This document shows, in pieces, positions 62,710 to 64,000 of a stretch of DNA of 64,000 nucleotides (position 1 is the stretch's first letter; every line of letters begins with the position of its first letter). A program made the position numbers and the translations under genes. The notes under the pieces are model-generated. The model did no database searches, had not been told where the DNA came from, and saw only the letters and a program-made list of their open reading frames with translations. Source of the DNA: Nocardioidaceae bacterium (GTDB lineage Bacteria > Actinomycetota > Actinomycetes > Propionibacteriales > Nocardioidaceae); NCBI GenBank assembly GCA_035699605.1, contig DASSPN010000102.1, forward strand, positions 314 to 64,313, written 5' to 3'.

Positions 62710-63368
62710 TCCTCGGCCTCCTCCGTGAGCCTGCGGATCACGTCGTCCCACCCGATGAGGCCGTGCCGACCTCGGTAGACCACGAGCCGGTCGTAGACGT
62801 CTCTGGACAGCCGCAGCCAGGCTTGGTCGGGGAAGTGCGCGTCCATCGCGGCGCGCCATACCGAGACCGGCAGCCGGGCGCTCGCCTCCTTGTGCCAGGG
62901 CACCGGCTGGACCGCGATCGAGCCGACCTCCCCGGTGAAGACCTGGCCGCTGAACAGCAGGAGAAGCGGCACCTCTCCGTCCTCCAGCCCGGCGAGGTAC
63001 TTGTGGGCGGCGACATCGACGTCATAGCTGATCGGCAGGGTGAGCTCGAAGTCGCACGAGCCGGCGAACCCCGGCAGCACCTGGGCCAGGAACCCGAGCT
63101 GGAGGGCCTGCATCGTCTGCCCCCAACGCTCCCGCCCGCCGAACAGGTCCACGACCTTGGCGGCCTCGGCGTCGCTGTAGTGCCGGCGCAGCGGCTCGAT
63201 GCGCACCTGGCAGCGGAGCGCGACGGCATGAACCCGCATGCCCGTCCGCTCCGACGCCCGCATCCGCAGGACGACCGTGGGCGACGCGGCGTAGCGGTCG
63301 GCGACGGCCTCGACGAAGGTGAAGTCGAGGTCGGCCGTGACCGGTGGGCCGTCGGGAAGCGTGCTCAT
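62706..63368 (-). CDS. Conserved hydrogenase-cluster protein (recalled as DUF6084-like)
   Basis: 220 aa, translationally coupled on both sides. The family name is from memory. Confidence 0.6.
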   Translation of the reverse strand: MSTLPDGPPVTADLDFTFVEAVADRYAASPTVVLRMRASERTGMRVHAVALRCQVRIEPLRRHYSDAEAAKVVDLFGGRERWGQTMQALQLGFLAQVLPGFAGSCDFELTLPISYDVDVAAHKYLAGLEDGEVPLLLLFSGQVFTGEVGSIAVQPVPWHKEASARLPVSVWRAAMDAHFPDQAWLRLSRDVYDRLVVYRGRHGLIGWDDVIRRLTEEAEE

Positions 63369-64000
63369 GCGGCCCCCGCCCTCGGCACGAGGACGGCGCG
63401 CGCGTCGAGCCCGTCGAAGAACCTGGCGATGGCGGTCCACACCTCGGTGCCGCCGCCGAGCCCCGTCCAGTGCAGGCGCACGACGCCGACCAGCTCGTAG
63501 CAGACGTCGACCGGGACGACGTAGCACCCGAACCCGCCCTCGGTACGGCGTAACAGCACGGCCTCGACGTCGGGCACCACGTCGGCGAGCACCGGGTTGG
63601 CGGTGAGGATGCCGTCCCACGCAGCCAGGTCGAGCAGCGACTCCGTGGCGCCTCCGGGGCCGGGGTAGAACGCGAGCACGTTCTCGGCCCCGGTCTGGGA
63701 GAAGAAGAACGCGAGGTCGACCGGGATGCGCAGCGCGTCCCAGTCGGCGTCGCCGAGCGCGACTCCTTCGACGCGACGCACCTCCTCGCCGACGCCGCGG
63801 TAGCGGCCACCGCCGGCTCCCTGAGGGGCGAAGAGCAGGTAGCAGGGGCGGCACACGCAGAGCAGCCGGTGGTCGACGACGTCGGCGACGTGGCCGTGCC
63901 GCTCCCCTATGTCGACGGCACAGAACTCGCACCGCTCGTCGGGCTCTGGCTGGACGGGCGGCGGGGTCGCCATGCGCCGCAGGGCACCGAGGCCGCTCAT
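63365..64000 (-). CDS. Conserved hydrogenase-cluster Cys-rich protein (recalled as DUF5947-like), start at or near the window edge
   Basis: CEFCAVDI...HGH...LLCVCRPCYLLF, a putative metal site. ATG at 64000 or 63972. Confidence 0.6.
   Translation of the reverse strand: MSGLGALRRMATPPPVQPEPDERCEFCAVDIGERHGHVADVVDHRLLCVCRPCYLLFAPQGAGGGRYRGVGEEVRRVEGVALGDADWDALRIPVDLAFFFSQTGAENVLAFYPGPGGATESLLDLAAWDGILTANPVLADVVPDVEAVLLRRTEGGFGCYVVPVDVCYELVGVVRLHWTGLGGGTEVWTAIARFFDGLDARAVLVPRAGAA

Overview
Very GC-rich, gene-dense actinobacterial chromosomal segment; GC was judged by eye and no taxon can be assigned. I support about 65 protein-coding genes. I recognised no rRNA, tRNA, CRISPR array, transposase, integrase or prophage gene. 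Most content is core metabolism. A dispersed branched-chain amino acid regulon is present: cimA, ilvE, leuB, serA, ilvC, ilvN, ilvB and ilvD. gatCAB and ligA follow. At the right edge sits a [NiFe]-hydrogenase maturation locus: hypF, hypC, hypD and hypE on the plus strand, facing a minus-strand operon tail with the endopeptidase and conserved accessory proteins. The hydrogenase structural genes must lie beyond base 64000. Between these blocks are accessory genes. They include a two-component kinase fragment followed by an ApbE / di-heme ferric-reductase-like / NuoF-like / ferredoxin operon. They also include the ATP-grasp / alpha-E / transglutaminase triad, two tandem HAMP adenylate cyclases, several secreted or surface proteins, and TetR, MocR, AraC, LuxR and XRE regulators. 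The best-supported new observations are two leader-peptide attenuators read directly from the DNA: an Ile-codon leader ahead of cimA and an ILVV leader ahead of ilvBNC. The most system-like unexplained locus is the ApbE/FRD/NuoF-like/ferredoxin operon (1351-4692). I found no convincing defence-type or mobile system, and the window is largely ordinary. Many long ORFs in the six-frame track are antisense or out-of-frame shadows typical of GC-rich DNA and were rejected. All family assignments are motif recognition by eye and need HMM/BLAST confirmation.
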